Virus record (IMG/VR): IMGVR_UViG_3300050014_000823
Coordinates: 1-64,000 of that record
Length of the DNA stretch: 64,000 bases
Strand: one strand, 5' to 3'
The translations under genes and the position numbers were made by a program. Of the stretch, positions 41,986-52,115 are shown in pieces; position 1 is the stretch's first letter; each line of letters begins with the position of its first letter. The notes beneath the pieces are model-generated. The model did no database searches. It was not told where the DNA came from and worked only from the letters and a program-made list of their open reading frames with translations.

Positions 41986-42351
41986 ATGCAAACAAGAGAA
42001 CAAAGATTAGTGTATAAGAAGCGATATAGAGACAAGAATAAAGAAAAGATTCATGAATACAATCGTAAAACCAGTGAGCATAGGAAAATCCAGGATAGAA
42101 CACGTGCATTAAAAAGTTTTGGTTTAACTGCCGAAGATTACGACATTCTTTTCAATAAACAAGAAGGTAAATGTGCCATTTGTGGTAAGCATCAAAGTGA
42201 ACTAAAACCTGCACTATGTATCGACCATAACCATCAAACAAATAAAGTCCGGGGATTACTCTGTGGTAAATGTAATCGTGGACTTGGATATCTTAATGAC
42301 AGCATTGATTTACTGCAGCTTGCAATAAATTATCTTAAAATAAATAATTAA
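41986..42351 (+). mobile_element. endonuclease VII-like homing endonuclease
   Basis: KQEGKCAICGKHQ..IDHNHQTNKVRGLLCGKCN; close paralog of 37147. Confidence 0.88.
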
Positions 42352-42385
42352 ATCTTGAAACCTTTTCCCAGATTGTACGTATAAT

Positions 42386-42875
42386 CATTTGTACGACTGA
42401 GGTCTGACCGAGTAGACCTTCGAGTGCCTTTCAGTCCGAACTTAGAATCATTCTAAACAAGCATGGTCATTGTCATGGACAGATTGTCCATGAGGAATGT
42501 CCACAGCCATTGTACGGAACAAACCTCTGCCATTGTACGGAATAGACTAAGGATTGTACAACATAATAAACTACAGATTGTACGGGTACAAGTACCCCCG
42601 AATGTCCGAATTATAAAAAACTATAAAAATCGTTTTGGCAAAAAAATATATTGGCTCGAAGTCGCACGTGTGGGGCATACAAAACCCCCACAATTCCCCA
42701 CTTTACCCCCTTTAGGATTAAGGTCTTATAGTTGTCAGTGTGTAAGTGCTTGATTATCAATGATAGCATTTTGATATCAACTTAGTACAAAACCATACAA
42801 ATACTGTAATTATAGTACAGTTAAAACGGCATTAGTTATATTGTTTGTACAACAGTGAAAATAACTATGATTTTC
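42386..42875. repeat. non-coding region with direct repeats and hairpins
   Basis: GCCATTGTACGGAA x2 (42506, 42529), further ATTGTAC, CATGGACA/TGTCCATG hairpin, C tracts. Confidence 0.7.
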
Positions 42876-42951
42876 TGTAACATTTCTCCCTGTATTACGT
42901 ATAATCACACACAGACAGCGTAAGTAGTACTAACCAATACACATAAGCAAT

Positions 42952-45339
42952 ATGAAAACCAACACAGGAACATTAAACTCACAGACAGTTGAAGGAACAA
43001 TCGGAACACGTCAGATGGGCATGGATGCCAACTCACAGGCGATTGTTTTTCAGATGTTTACAAAGAATATCTACAGTAATGCAATAGGTTCGGTTGTTAG
43101 GGAGATAACTTCGAATTGTTTTGATTCACACACAGAGGCAAAGATTAATCCTCTTGAATCACCTGTTATTATACGCAAGTCATTTGACCCTATTACTAAG
43201 AGTCATTATATAAGTTTCCATGACTTTGGTATGGGTATTTCACCAGACAGGATGGATAACGTTTACGGTGTATTCTTCAAGAGTACAAAGGCAGGTGACA
43301 ATGAGCAGATTGGTGGCTTCGGAATAGGTGGTAAAACACCTTTAGCATACAAACGCAGTACTGGTTTTGGCGAAGGCGAATATGACAATTCATTCTCAAT
43401 CATCACAAACTTTGATGGCATACGTTATGAGTATATAGTTTTCGAAGGCAAGAAAGGTCCAGAATACACTGACCCGATAATGTCTGAAACGACTGAACAC
43501 AATGGCACAGAGATAAAGATTCCTGTACTTGAAAAAGACATTACAAAGTTCAAGTCAGAAATGGTAAAGCAATTGTACTACTTTGAGAATGTTATCTTTG
43601 AGGGTTTTGTTAATGACCCGGAATATCCGACAGCAACAGAGAATTTGCTTACCAATGCTTATCAGATTGTCAAAGGCAAGACTTTCTTCTACAGAGGCAA
43701 TGATTACTCACAGTACACACATGTTTGTCTTGGCAGGGTAGCTTATCCGATTAATTTTGGATTACTTGGCTTAGATGGTTCAGATTACCGTTTCCCTGTA
43801 GCAATTAAACTGGAAATCGGTGAGATTGGAGTTACAGCCAGTCGTGAGACACTTGACTATAGTGAACAAACAATCAAGGTGTTAAAGGTTAAACTTGAAG
43901 CAGTTAAAGCAGAGATAACTGCAATGTTAAGTAAGCAGTATGAAAACATTGTGACCTTAGAGGATTACTTCAAAGTCAAAAATCAGTTCGGAGTATTGTA
44001 CATGCCGAATGGTGGTAGCTTTAAGGTTGGTGAGATTATCAAACAGAAAGACGTTGACTTCTCGAATTTCAAATATGGCTTCATGAAGATGCCGAATGAC
44101 AAACAACTCTTTAACTATTTCTTCGAAACCAAATTGTATGGTAAGAAGATTAAGAAAAGTAAGAAGAACAACTATGAGTATGATGATGAGGGCAACAGGA
44201 TTGAGGAAGGCGAATTGGTTGGTGGTTATGATACGATTATCAACAAGCATAATGTACTGTATCATTTCGAAGGTGAATTTCAGCGCAAACTTGTTAAACA
44301 GGCATGGTTAAAGAATCAGTGTACGACTTTCTACACAGTTACAACCAAGAATATTGTCAACAGATTTGAGACACGCAGAATGTCAGACCTGTTCAATGTA
44401 GACGATAAAGTTGTTGAGAGAGGTCTTGACGGTCAGCCAACACTTGATGCAAACGGTCAGCAGATTCCTACAGTGTTCATGAAAGGTTTACTTGAATTAC
44501 AACAGGAGTACTTTGAAATCATCAGCAAGTATTGTACAGCCTATGATGCTGTTGTTGTCCCGGAAGACTTCAAAGAGAGTCGTAAGAATGGTGCAAGGCG
44601 TTTGTCACAGGAGTACAAGAACATGACAATACCTGTTAAGATATTCGGTGGCTACAGAGGCACATTCAGAGTTAAACTTGACAGTCTTTTCAAACTTCAC
44701 ATTCCTATCTTTTACGGAACAAAGGAGAATGATTATCAGTTGAGACAGGCAAAAGAAATGTTCGGCATATTGTTCGAAAGCAGTAGCATCATTGGCAAGT
44801 ACAACGAAAGAACACATGAGTTCAGATTTGACAATGGCAAGAAAGGCATAATGTTCTTACAGATATCACAGGGTAATGTACGTTACATGGAGTACTGTCA
44901 ACAGGCATACCATATCAACGAATTCAAAACGAAAATGCTGAAACGTAAGGAGAATGCAGTGATGGAATACTTTCAGTCACAGAATTTCGTACACAAATTT
45001 GATACTGTCAATAGCTTTTACAAATCAAAAGCATTTGGTAAGGTTGCTCCGGAATGGCAGAAGAAGACCGATAAGATTAATGCTTTCATAAAGAAACAGT
45101 ATGTTGGTTATAACAATAACTGGGACAGGTACAGGTCAGAATTAAGTCGTTACTTTGACATCAACGGCATTGAAATGACAAAGGAACAACAGAAGTTCGA
45201 AGCTATCATCGAAGAATTCTCAGAACTTGAAGAAATGAATTCAGAGACAATGAGATACTTAGATGTCCCAAGTTATGACCTTGATGATGAGAAGCACACA
45301 GCATTTTGGGCAATAGTTAAGAAAGTTTTAGTGTACTAA
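42952..45339 (+). CDS. rIIA: rIIA-like protein with GHKL/Hsp90-type ATPase N-terminus
   Basis: IYSN....VREITSNCFDSH, DFGMGIS, STK....QIGGFGIGGK, NGTEI.IP, ASRE.L.Y. Confidence 0.8.
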   Translation: MKTNTGTLNSQTVEGTIGTRQMGMDANSQAIVFQMFTKNIYSNAIGSVVREITSNCFDSHTEAKINPLESPVIIRKSFDPITKSHYISFHDFGMGISPDRMDNVYGVFFKSTKAGDNEQIGGFGIGGKTPLAYKRSTGFGEGEYDNSFSIITNFDGIRYEYIVFEGKKGPEYTDPIMSETTEHNGTEIKIPVLEKDITKFKSEMVKQLYYFENVIFEGFVNDPEYPTATENLLTNAYQIVKGKTFFYRGNDYSQYTHVCLGRVAYPINFGLLGLDGSDYRFPVAIKLEIGEIGVTASRETLDYSEQTIKVLKVKLEAVKAEITAMLSKQYENIVTLEDYFKVKNQFGVLYMPNGGSFKVGEIIKQKDVDFSNFKYGFMKMPNDKQLFNYFFETKLYGKKIKKSKKNNYEYDDEGNRIEEGELVGGYDTIINKHNVLYHFEGEFQRKLVKQAWLKNQCTTFYTVTTKNIVNRFETRRMSDLFNVDDKVVERGLDGQPTLDANGQQIPTVFMKGLLELQQEYFEIISKYCTAYDAVVVPEDFKESRKNGARRLSQEYKNMTIPVKIFGGYRGTFRVKLDSLFKLHIPIFYGTKENDYQLRQAKEMFGILFESSSIIGKYNERTHEFRFDNGKKGIMFLQISQGNVRYMEYCQQAYHINEFKTKMLKRKENAVMEYFQSQNFVHKFDTVNSFYKSKAFGKVAPEWQKKTDKINAFIKKQYVGYNNNWDRYRSELSRYFDINGIEMTKEQQKFEAIIEEFSELEEMNSETMRYLDVPSYDLDDEKHTAFWAIVKKVLVY

Positions 45340-45629
45340 ATATCAAATGTCCCCTGTAAATATTGCAGGGGACATTAAAATTTACCTACAATGAATGAGT
45401 TAAAAACATACCTTCATAAACACTTTAGGTCACTACGCCAAAATAGCTTGTGATGAAGCACTTAGGTTAGAGAGAGAAGGCAAGAAAATGTCATGGTTGA
45501 AGTACAGGAAGATGAAGGCAATAGTAAGATTATACTTGCATGTAAATATTTGGTTTTAACTGTAACATTCCTGGCAGCTTTACGTATAATCACACAGACA
45601 ATTAAATTACTAACTTAATACTAATAATA

Positions 45630-47407
45630 ATGAAAAGAGCAATAATTTTCTTAGTTGTATTTACACTATTCGTAGCATTTCTTGGTTACAGTGTTTTTGA
45701 TTCACGAAGAAAGGCAACAAATGAACTTGCTCTTAAGTACGTCAACTATAATGACATCAATGGTGATATGATATTTACTGATGATGCAGGTGGCAGAGTT
45801 GTACTTACCTTTGAAGAACAGAGGAATGTCATTGATATCTTCGATAAAGCCGATGAAATTACAGAGATTTATATAAAAGAAAAGATTGAGAATTATATTG
45901 AGCGTGAATTGTTTACTTACAATGACAAGGTTTACAAGTATTATTATGTGTTTGACAATAAGCATGTCAAATCATACATATCAATTACTACCAATCAAGT
46001 TAAGGCTAATATGGAACGTCTTGGCGTTGATACAAAGCATTCGTTATTGGCGTATGATGCGTTTGACAGAACCGTTATGGTAAGCAGAATAACTAAGTTC
46101 ACTGATTATTTCAGCAGATACAAATTAGACCATTTGAGGCGCAGAAGTAAGACAGAGATAGCAAATCAGAAAGTCGAGAAAATACTTGAAAATAAACCAG
46201 TAAAACTGTAACATTCCCGGAAACTTTTCGTATAATCACACATGGCAAGCAAAAGAAAAAGAAGTACTGATTACAGAAGGGAATTGAAAGACCTTCAAGC
46301 ACAGGAGAAAGCACTGAGGGCACGCATAATTAAACATGCGGAAGAACTTTGTCAGAAATATCCGGGTGTGCGCATCGGTGAATTCTGTGTTATTGACTAC
46401 ATAAGATTTGTTGAAGACAATAACCTTACAGAAGCATTTATGGTAATGGAAGCCATTGAGAAAGACCTGGAAGCAAAGCATCCGCATAAGCAGACAGCAT
46501 TTGAATTTCCGACAGTTGTTCCTGCACCGCCAGTAGGTGAAAGATTTATCATCAGTGATGGTGTGGCTTATACAAGAAAATCGGAAGAAGAGGCTATGAA
46601 GTGTTCTAAAAGTCCCGATGGTAAACATCAGTTCGGGTTTGATGGTTCAACCTGTAGTTATTGTGGCGCAAATGTAGCATACCTTTAAAACTAAATATAT
46701 GAGAATTAAAATAAGTGAAATAGACCTGTTGACATTCAACAATTTAAAGGGTAAAATGCTCTTGAAGTCAGACACGCATAGATTATATGTCATCGCAGAC
46801 TTCAAAACAGAGGTTGTGGAAGAAACTGTGATGGAGAAACCTTCATTGTTCAAGAAAGCAGTACCTGTTCAGAAGAAACAATTGTACTTGACAGGTGTGA
46901 ATGTACACGCATGGCATTCAACAGGTAAATTCCTCGGTGACTTGACCGATGATTCAGCAGAATGGTTACTCCGGAGAGACCTGTACAGAATTCGACAGAA
47001 TTGGATTGACTTCTGTGACCAACTCAAAGCATTCGGCTTTAAAATAGCTGAAATCAATCCAGAAGCATAATTTTTAAACCTTAAAATCATATACTATGAA
47101 AGCTACAATTAAATTTATTGCATTGTTCACAGGATTTCTTTTTTCGCTGTTCCCTACAATGGCAGCATTTATATATCTGCTTTCCGGGAAGCAAGCATTC
47201 ATAGACTTTATTACAGGAATATCCTCAGAAAGATTTTGGCTGTTTGGTATACCATTGTTCATTGTAACCATGACAGCTTCTGTTTTAACTCTTATGGAAA
47301 TGATGTACTTCAAAAGTCCAGCTAAACAGGCAAAACCATTGTCCGTTGATGACCCAGACCTTGAGAAGAAAATTAAGAGATTAAATATGTTGGAAACCCA
47401 ATACTAA
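45630..47407 (+). other. four hypothetical CDS (45630-46211 and 47096-47407 membrane; 46242-46688; 46699-47070)
   Basis: ORFs after promoters 45561 and 46207. Confidence 0.65.
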
Positions 47408-47474
47408 TATAACTAATTTATAATTTGTCATGTTTATAAGAATCTTTTTCATCTTGCTCAGTATTTATGTCAAT

Positions 47475-48263
47475 ATGGCAAATAATACTATGGGAGCAAA
47501 CGTAAAATTCACAGAAAAACAAAAACAAATTGTTGTTGATATGTACGCCAAATGTGGCAGTCCAATGTCAGAAATTATTGAAAGATGTAAATCAGATATT
47601 CCTGAAGATATTAGATTTTCAATTAGTAGAGAAACAGTTTATAAATTTTTAAAGGAAAAAAACATTCCGTTAATTAGAAAAACAGGAGTTAAACATAATT
47701 TGATTGGTAAGACATTTGGTTATCTAACGGTAACTGATATGGCACAAACAAAAAAATCGGGTAGACTACATGAATGGAGAGCAATGTGTAGATGTAATAA
47801 TTGCGGTAAAGAAAATGTCGATGTTCGTCCACAAGCATTATTAAGGGGTGCAACTACTTCTTGTGGATGCCGCAGAGACCTATATATAACTAATAGTGGT
47901 AAAAACAATAAGCACTATAAAGGATATGAAGGATTAAATGGCACATATTGGGGAAAAATAAAAAAACGTGCAGAAAATAGAGGACACACATTAATTGTCA
48001 GTATTGAATATGCGTGGAATTTATATTTGCAACAAGATTGTAAATGTGCACTTACTGGATTACCAATTGGATTTGGAGTAGCAATTGCTAATAGAAAAAG
48101 TAGTGATACCACAGCTTCTTTAGACCGAATAGATTCTTCGAAAGAATATGTCGAAGGCAATGTACAATGGGTTCATAAAAATATTAATATTATGAAAAAT
48201 GTATATGACCAAGATTATTTTATACATTTATGTGAATTAGTTACTAAAAATAAAAAGGCATGA
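47475..48263 (+). mobile_element. HNH-like homing endonuclease
   Basis: LIGKTFGYLTV..C.C..CG..TTSCGC and SLDRIDS.K.YVEGNVQWV. Confidence 0.85.
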
Positions 48264-48718
48264 CAGAAATTAAATATATTATTGGGGACGCTACTTATCC
48301 ACAAGGAGAAGGAAAGAAAATCATATGCCACATTACCAATGATTTACGCTATTGGAACAAAGGATTTGTTCTTGCCCTAAGTAAGCGTTGGTCTGAACCC
48401 GAAAAGGTTTACAGGAATATGCCAGACAGTCAATTGATGCTCGGTAAGGTAATGATTGTACCTGTGGAGAATGACATTATGGTTGCCAACATGGTTGCAC
48501 AGAAAGGTGTTGGTAATGATTCCAATGGTCAGCCACCAATCAGGTATGGTGCATTAAGAGCTGCACTTGCAGAGGTCAATGATATAGCATATCGTACAGG
48601 TGCAACACTTCACATGCCTAAAATCGGAGCAGGTCTCGCTGGTGGTGACTGGAATATCATTGAGAAAATCATCGAAGATGTTGCAAGTGTTGATGTTACA
48701 GTTTATACATTAAATTAA
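48260..48718 (+). CDS. macrodomain ADP-ribosylhydrolase (TARG1/DarG/Poa1p-like)
   Basis: GDAT.P, HITND..W.KGF, VANMVAQ, HMPKIGAGLAGGDW. Confidence 0.88.
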   Translation: MTEIKYIIGDATYPQGEGKKIICHITNDLRYWNKGFVLALSKRWSEPEKVYRNMPDSQLMLGKVMIVPVENDIMVANMVAQKGVGNDSNGQPPIRYGALRAALAEVNDIAYRTGATLHMPKIGAGLAGGDWNIIEKIIEDVASVDVTVYTLN

Positions 48719-48719
48719 T

Positions 48720-49069
48720 ATGAATATAATAACTATTTGTGGGAGAACTTACTCCGTTGAAGGCAATAAGATTGTCGTCAAGAACAGTCCAAAGAAGCGT
48801 CCCGAACTTGGCAACTATGTCATGGTTAATAATGTTGTCATTGAAAGCAACATTGTGAGAAGGATATTAAAGTAACCTTCGAAGGTGACTTAGCATCCTT
48901 AGATTGTACCACATGTACCATTAACGGCAATGTACAGGGTAATGTCGATTGCACCACGATAAAGTGTGGTGATGTTGGCGGTGACATTGATTGCACTACA
49001 ATTAATTGTGGTGATGTGAAAGGTGATATTGACGGAACAACTGTCAATTGTAAAAAAATAAAGATGTAA
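48720..49069 (+). pseudogene. frameshifted beta-solenoid repeat gene
   Basis: MNIITICG... stops at 48873; the -1 frame continues KVTFEGDL..DCTT..GNV.G.VDCTT.KCGDVGGDIDCTT to TAA 49067-49069. Confidence 0.7.
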
Positions 49070-49235
49070 ATGTAAATCGTATTATGATTTTACATATATT
49101 TGTATTCGGATTTACTAACAATTAAATCTACGCCTATGATTAAGAGATAACCATTGCCCGTCCGTTAGCATTATGATAATGTCCACAGGACCTAATCATA
49201 CAAAAATAATTATTGAACCCATATAATAAACATAC

Positions 49236-49649
49236 ATGTCCAAAGAAGAGTTTATTACAATTGACTTAAAACTTCCTAATCACTGCAACGAACTATCCAA
49301 AGCAGAGGAAGTAATCGAAAAATACAAAAAGAGATTCGAAATAATGCAGATGCAAAGAAGCATCAATGATGCAAGTCATGTAGAATTATTCGAAGAAATC
49401 GTCCGATGCCTCACATATGTAGGCAAACTATCTGAACCCGCCTTTGCAATTGAAGACCAACTTGAAAAAGAGTATGTGTTAAAATTTAAACATGCTCCTG
49501 CACTTGGTAAGCAACTCTGGCTTGAACACTATGACGAAGTTCACCACCCTTATACCATTTTAAAGAATCGTTGTTACAGACTGTTGGAACTCCTTGACCA
49601 GGAATACTTTGACAGACACGGTAAACAACCACCTAACTGGAAAATCTAA
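49236..49649 (+). CDS. hypothetical protein
   Basis: 137 aa ORF before bidirectional terminator. Confidence 0.7.
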   Translation: MSKEEFITIDLKLPNHCNELSKAEEVIEKYKKRFEIMQMQRSINDASHVELFEEIVRCLTYVGKLSEPAFAIEDQLEKEYVLKFKHAPALGKQLWLEHYDEVHHPYTILKNRCYRLLELLDQEYFDRHGKQPPNWKI

Positions 49650-49662
49650 CGATACATAAAAT

Positions 49663-49695
49663 AAAAAAAGCACTGTGATTAACAGTGCTTTTTTT
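49663..49695. terminator. bidirectional terminator at convergence point
   Basis: AAAAAAAGCACTGT...ACAGTGCTTTTTTT. Confidence 0.85.
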
Positions 49696-49713
49696 ATTTA
49701 GCTTGTCCGGTAG

Positions 49714-49747
49714 CTTCCCCACTAACTTCCCCACTAACTTCCCCACT
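49714..49747. repeat. 12-bp tandem repeat CTTCCCCACTAA x about 3
   Basis: read directly from the sequence. Confidence 0.85.
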
Positions 49748-50187
49748 TACATCTGTGAAAAATGCCTTCTCATTATTCTTTCGAAGAGCTGCAGAAGGTC
49801 AGTATCATTGCACTTTTGAAAGCTATAATTACTGATGTGAATATTATCGTTGGTAATAAAGAAATGCATCCAACGCATCGAGGACTTGTTGAAGCCTTGA
49901 TGCTCTTCCTTAAGTTCGTATATCCTGTTTAACAACAGTTTACGCATTCCAATTCCTGGCAGCTTCTGAACAACTGCAGGGATAAACAGGTCATCAAATT
50001 CAAGTCCTGTGAGATATTTCCAAGTAACAAGTTTATACTTAGCTTCCAACATGGTTTCATTATTCAACCTACCTTTAGGGAATACAATGCAATGCCTTAC
50101 ATTACCTTTTGTGAAGGCAATATAGGTTTGGAGATTTGACATAACAAATCCCTGACTTTTCAGATAATCATAGAGTTTCTTTTTCAT
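49747..50187 (-). CDS. hypothetical protein
   Basis: 146 aa ORF. Confidence 0.65.
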   Translation of the reverse strand: MKKKLYDYLKSQGFVMSNLQTYIAFTKGNVRHCIVFPKGRLNNETMLEAKYKLVTWKYLTGLEFDDLFIPAVVQKLPGIGMRKLLLNRIYELKEEHQGFNKSSMRWMHFFITNDNIHISNYSFQKCNDTDLLQLFERIMRRHFSQM

Positions 50188-50193
50188 CGTAAT

Positions 50194-51789
50194 TTATTTA
50201 AATATGTTCCAAAAACTTTTCTTTTCTTTCTGTCTTTCAACCATTCTGACTTTCAGGTTTGCTGTCATAACTTTCAAGCAATCGACATACCAACCATTGA
50301 GTTTTGCTTGGTTAAATGCTTGTATGTCATTTGCTTTCCACTCGGCAAGCAAACCATATCTCCCTGCTGATTCAACACATTTCTCTTTAGTCCAGAAGTC
50401 CGCAGGTTTCCTTGAGAGGAATTCTGCACGCACGTCTTTTATGTCAGCCATCGTGTAGGTCCTGAGTGCACCGTCTTTCTCGTATACGTCTTTAAAGAAG
50501 TCAAAGACAGGTAAATTTGAGAAGTCAATAGGTTCATAAAAACGGTTGGAGTTTCCACCAACGGTCTTTTTGGTTTTATAGTCGTATTTCTTCTGACCTT
50601 TAATAACAGGTATTTTAAGGTCATCGAAGTTTTTGCCATTAAATTTCATGAAGAATTCTTCACTGCTCATTGCCAAAACACCTGTCATAACGTACTTATA
50701 ATAGTCTTCCTTGTCTCTCGGTGCTATCTTGAAGAATAACTTTTTAATGCCATCAGGATGCTTTCTTACTACTCGTGAGAAGAGTTGATATATCCTGTCG
50801 ATGTTCTGTGAAGTTGACATATCAACGATATTTACGAGTCTTGTATAGCTAAATCCAAGTATGCCTCTGCCTACAACGATAAGTACAAGGCAATCATCAT
50901 TCGATGTGAAATATTCAATCTGTGATGAGTCTAAGTCAATATCAGAAATGCTCAATGCAGACTTAATTCCAACTGCATCGAAGTACTGTTTAATCTGCAT
51001 TGCCTGTGCCTGTGATTTACAAGCAAACATAGTCTTACGAAGTTCGGTAAGAGTCTGTTTCCAAGTTCTGATGTTTTTGTTATCTGTTATCTTTGAGATA
51101 ATCTTACCTAATAGTTCGTCAAGAGTTTTCCGGGTTTCATTATCTCTTATTTCGATTTCACCCTTTAATTCTTTCTCACTGTTGTAGTCTTTGATAATAT
51201 CGAAGTTGTAACTACTTGTTGCTATTTCAACTCTAACGTCTGCTGCCATACCTTCATCGTAAATGGTAAGTAAAGGAACAGCTATAATCGAGTAGTTCCG
51301 GAGTATGAAAGGTGAGGGTGTTCCTGTAAGCAGTAGTTGTTTACTTGGCTTAACCATCTTAATTATGTCCTGTACCATTTCAGCGAAGTAAAACTGATGT
51401 GCTTCATCAACAACTAATAAGTCGATGTGTGGTAAATTTTTACCACAAAGGGTCTGAGGTAAGCAGACGTTAACCTGTGATTTATGTTTGAATTCTGTGA
51501 ATTTTTCCACTAAATTGTAACTAAAGCCGGGATGAACTTCATTAAGAACATCATTGAACTGTGTGCGGAGAATGGTTGTACCATGTGTGAGGACTAATAC
51601 CTTTGCGAGAGGATGCTCGATAAGGTAGTCTTCAATGCTGTATATAGCCATGATAGTTTTACCTGCGGAAGGACAAGCTGCTAAGATAGTTACATCTTGT
51701 TTGCTCATACTTGTCTTGATTTTCTGCAGAACATCTGACTGATAATTCAGTGTCTTTAATCCTCTATATGTAAACCAATCTTTCATCAT
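50194..51789 (-). CDS. SF2 (DEAH/ResIII-like) helicase
   Basis: ACPSAGKT Walker A, VVDEAH, LLLTGTP, Q.FSRVVR; promoter 51795-51824. Confidence 0.85.
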   Translation of the reverse strand: MMKDWFTYRGLKTLNYQSDVLQKIKTSMSKQDVTILAACPSAGKTIMAIYSIEDYLIEHPLAKVLVLTHGTTILRTQFNDVLNEVHPGFSYNLVEKFTEFKHKSQVNVCLPQTLCGKNLPHIDLLVVDEAHQFYFAEMVQDIIKMVKPSKQLLLTGTPSPFILRNYSIIAVPLLTIYDEGMAADVRVEIATSSYNFDIIKDYNSEKELKGEIEIRDNETRKTLDELLGKIISKITDNKNIRTWKQTLTELRKTMFACKSQAQAMQIKQYFDAVGIKSALSISDIDLDSSQIEYFTSNDDCLVLIVVGRGILGFSYTRLVNIVDMSTSQNIDRIYQLFSRVVRKHPDGIKKLFFKIAPRDKEDYYKYVMTGVLAMSSEEFFMKFNGKNFDDLKIPVIKGQKKYDYKTKKTVGGNSNRFYEPIDFSNLPVFDFFKDVYEKDGALRTYTMADIKDVRAEFLSRKPADFWTKEKCVESAGRYGLLAEWKANDIQAFNQAKLNGWYVDCLKVMTANLKVRMVERQKEKKSFWNIFK

Positions 51790-51841
51790 ACAGTATTATA
51801 CGTAAAGATTGAAATAATGTTACAGTTTGGTGCATATAAAT

Positions 51842-52095
51842 GGAGAAACCCTCAAAGAACCTTACGCTTCTGGCAGTTTCCGGTTTCCCTTGCGTGTCTG
51901 TCAGTTTCCAGTTCTAAGAAGGTCTCTCTATCCGATTTCCTGTGGATGAGGAAACATCCCTCGGATAACCATTTCCGTCAGAGTGGCATGTTGTGTGAGC
52001 AGGACGCTACCTCTGCCTATGCCTTCCTCAGTGGGTTGGCATGTTCGAATCGCTCTATTACTATCACACCTTTCGTTTCTCCTGCCCGAAGGCAA
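51842..52095 (-). ncRNA. unclassified GC-rich structured RNA
   Basis: GGAGAAAC/GTTTCTCC closing stem, TGCC-TTCG-GGCA hairpin, TATCCGA/TCGGATA, nested stems; no credible ORF. Confidence 0.6.
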
Positions 52096-52115
52096 ATTAA
52101 CGGTTGGTTTTCTTG

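Larger units (their letters stand above)
30671..46236. promoter_or_regulatory. cluster of 22 ECF-type promoters TG(T/A)AAC-N16-CGTATAAT
   Basis: starts 30700(-), 30851 (CGTT variant), 31544, 31901, 32259, 32685, 33259, 34048, 35543, 36184, 36574, 37470, 37949, 38078, 38266, 39659, 40285, 41064, 42356, 42876, 45561, 46207. Confidence 0.85.

Noticed and set aside
42463-42753. 96-aa ORF
   Set aside because: Runs through DNA repeats and palindromes and lacks the leader used by neighbouring genes; probably spurious
30671-46236. CRISPR array or integron attC sites
   Set aside because: Repeats are bipartite with a variable 16-bp core, are separated by whole genes and are oriented like promoters; no cas or integrase gene
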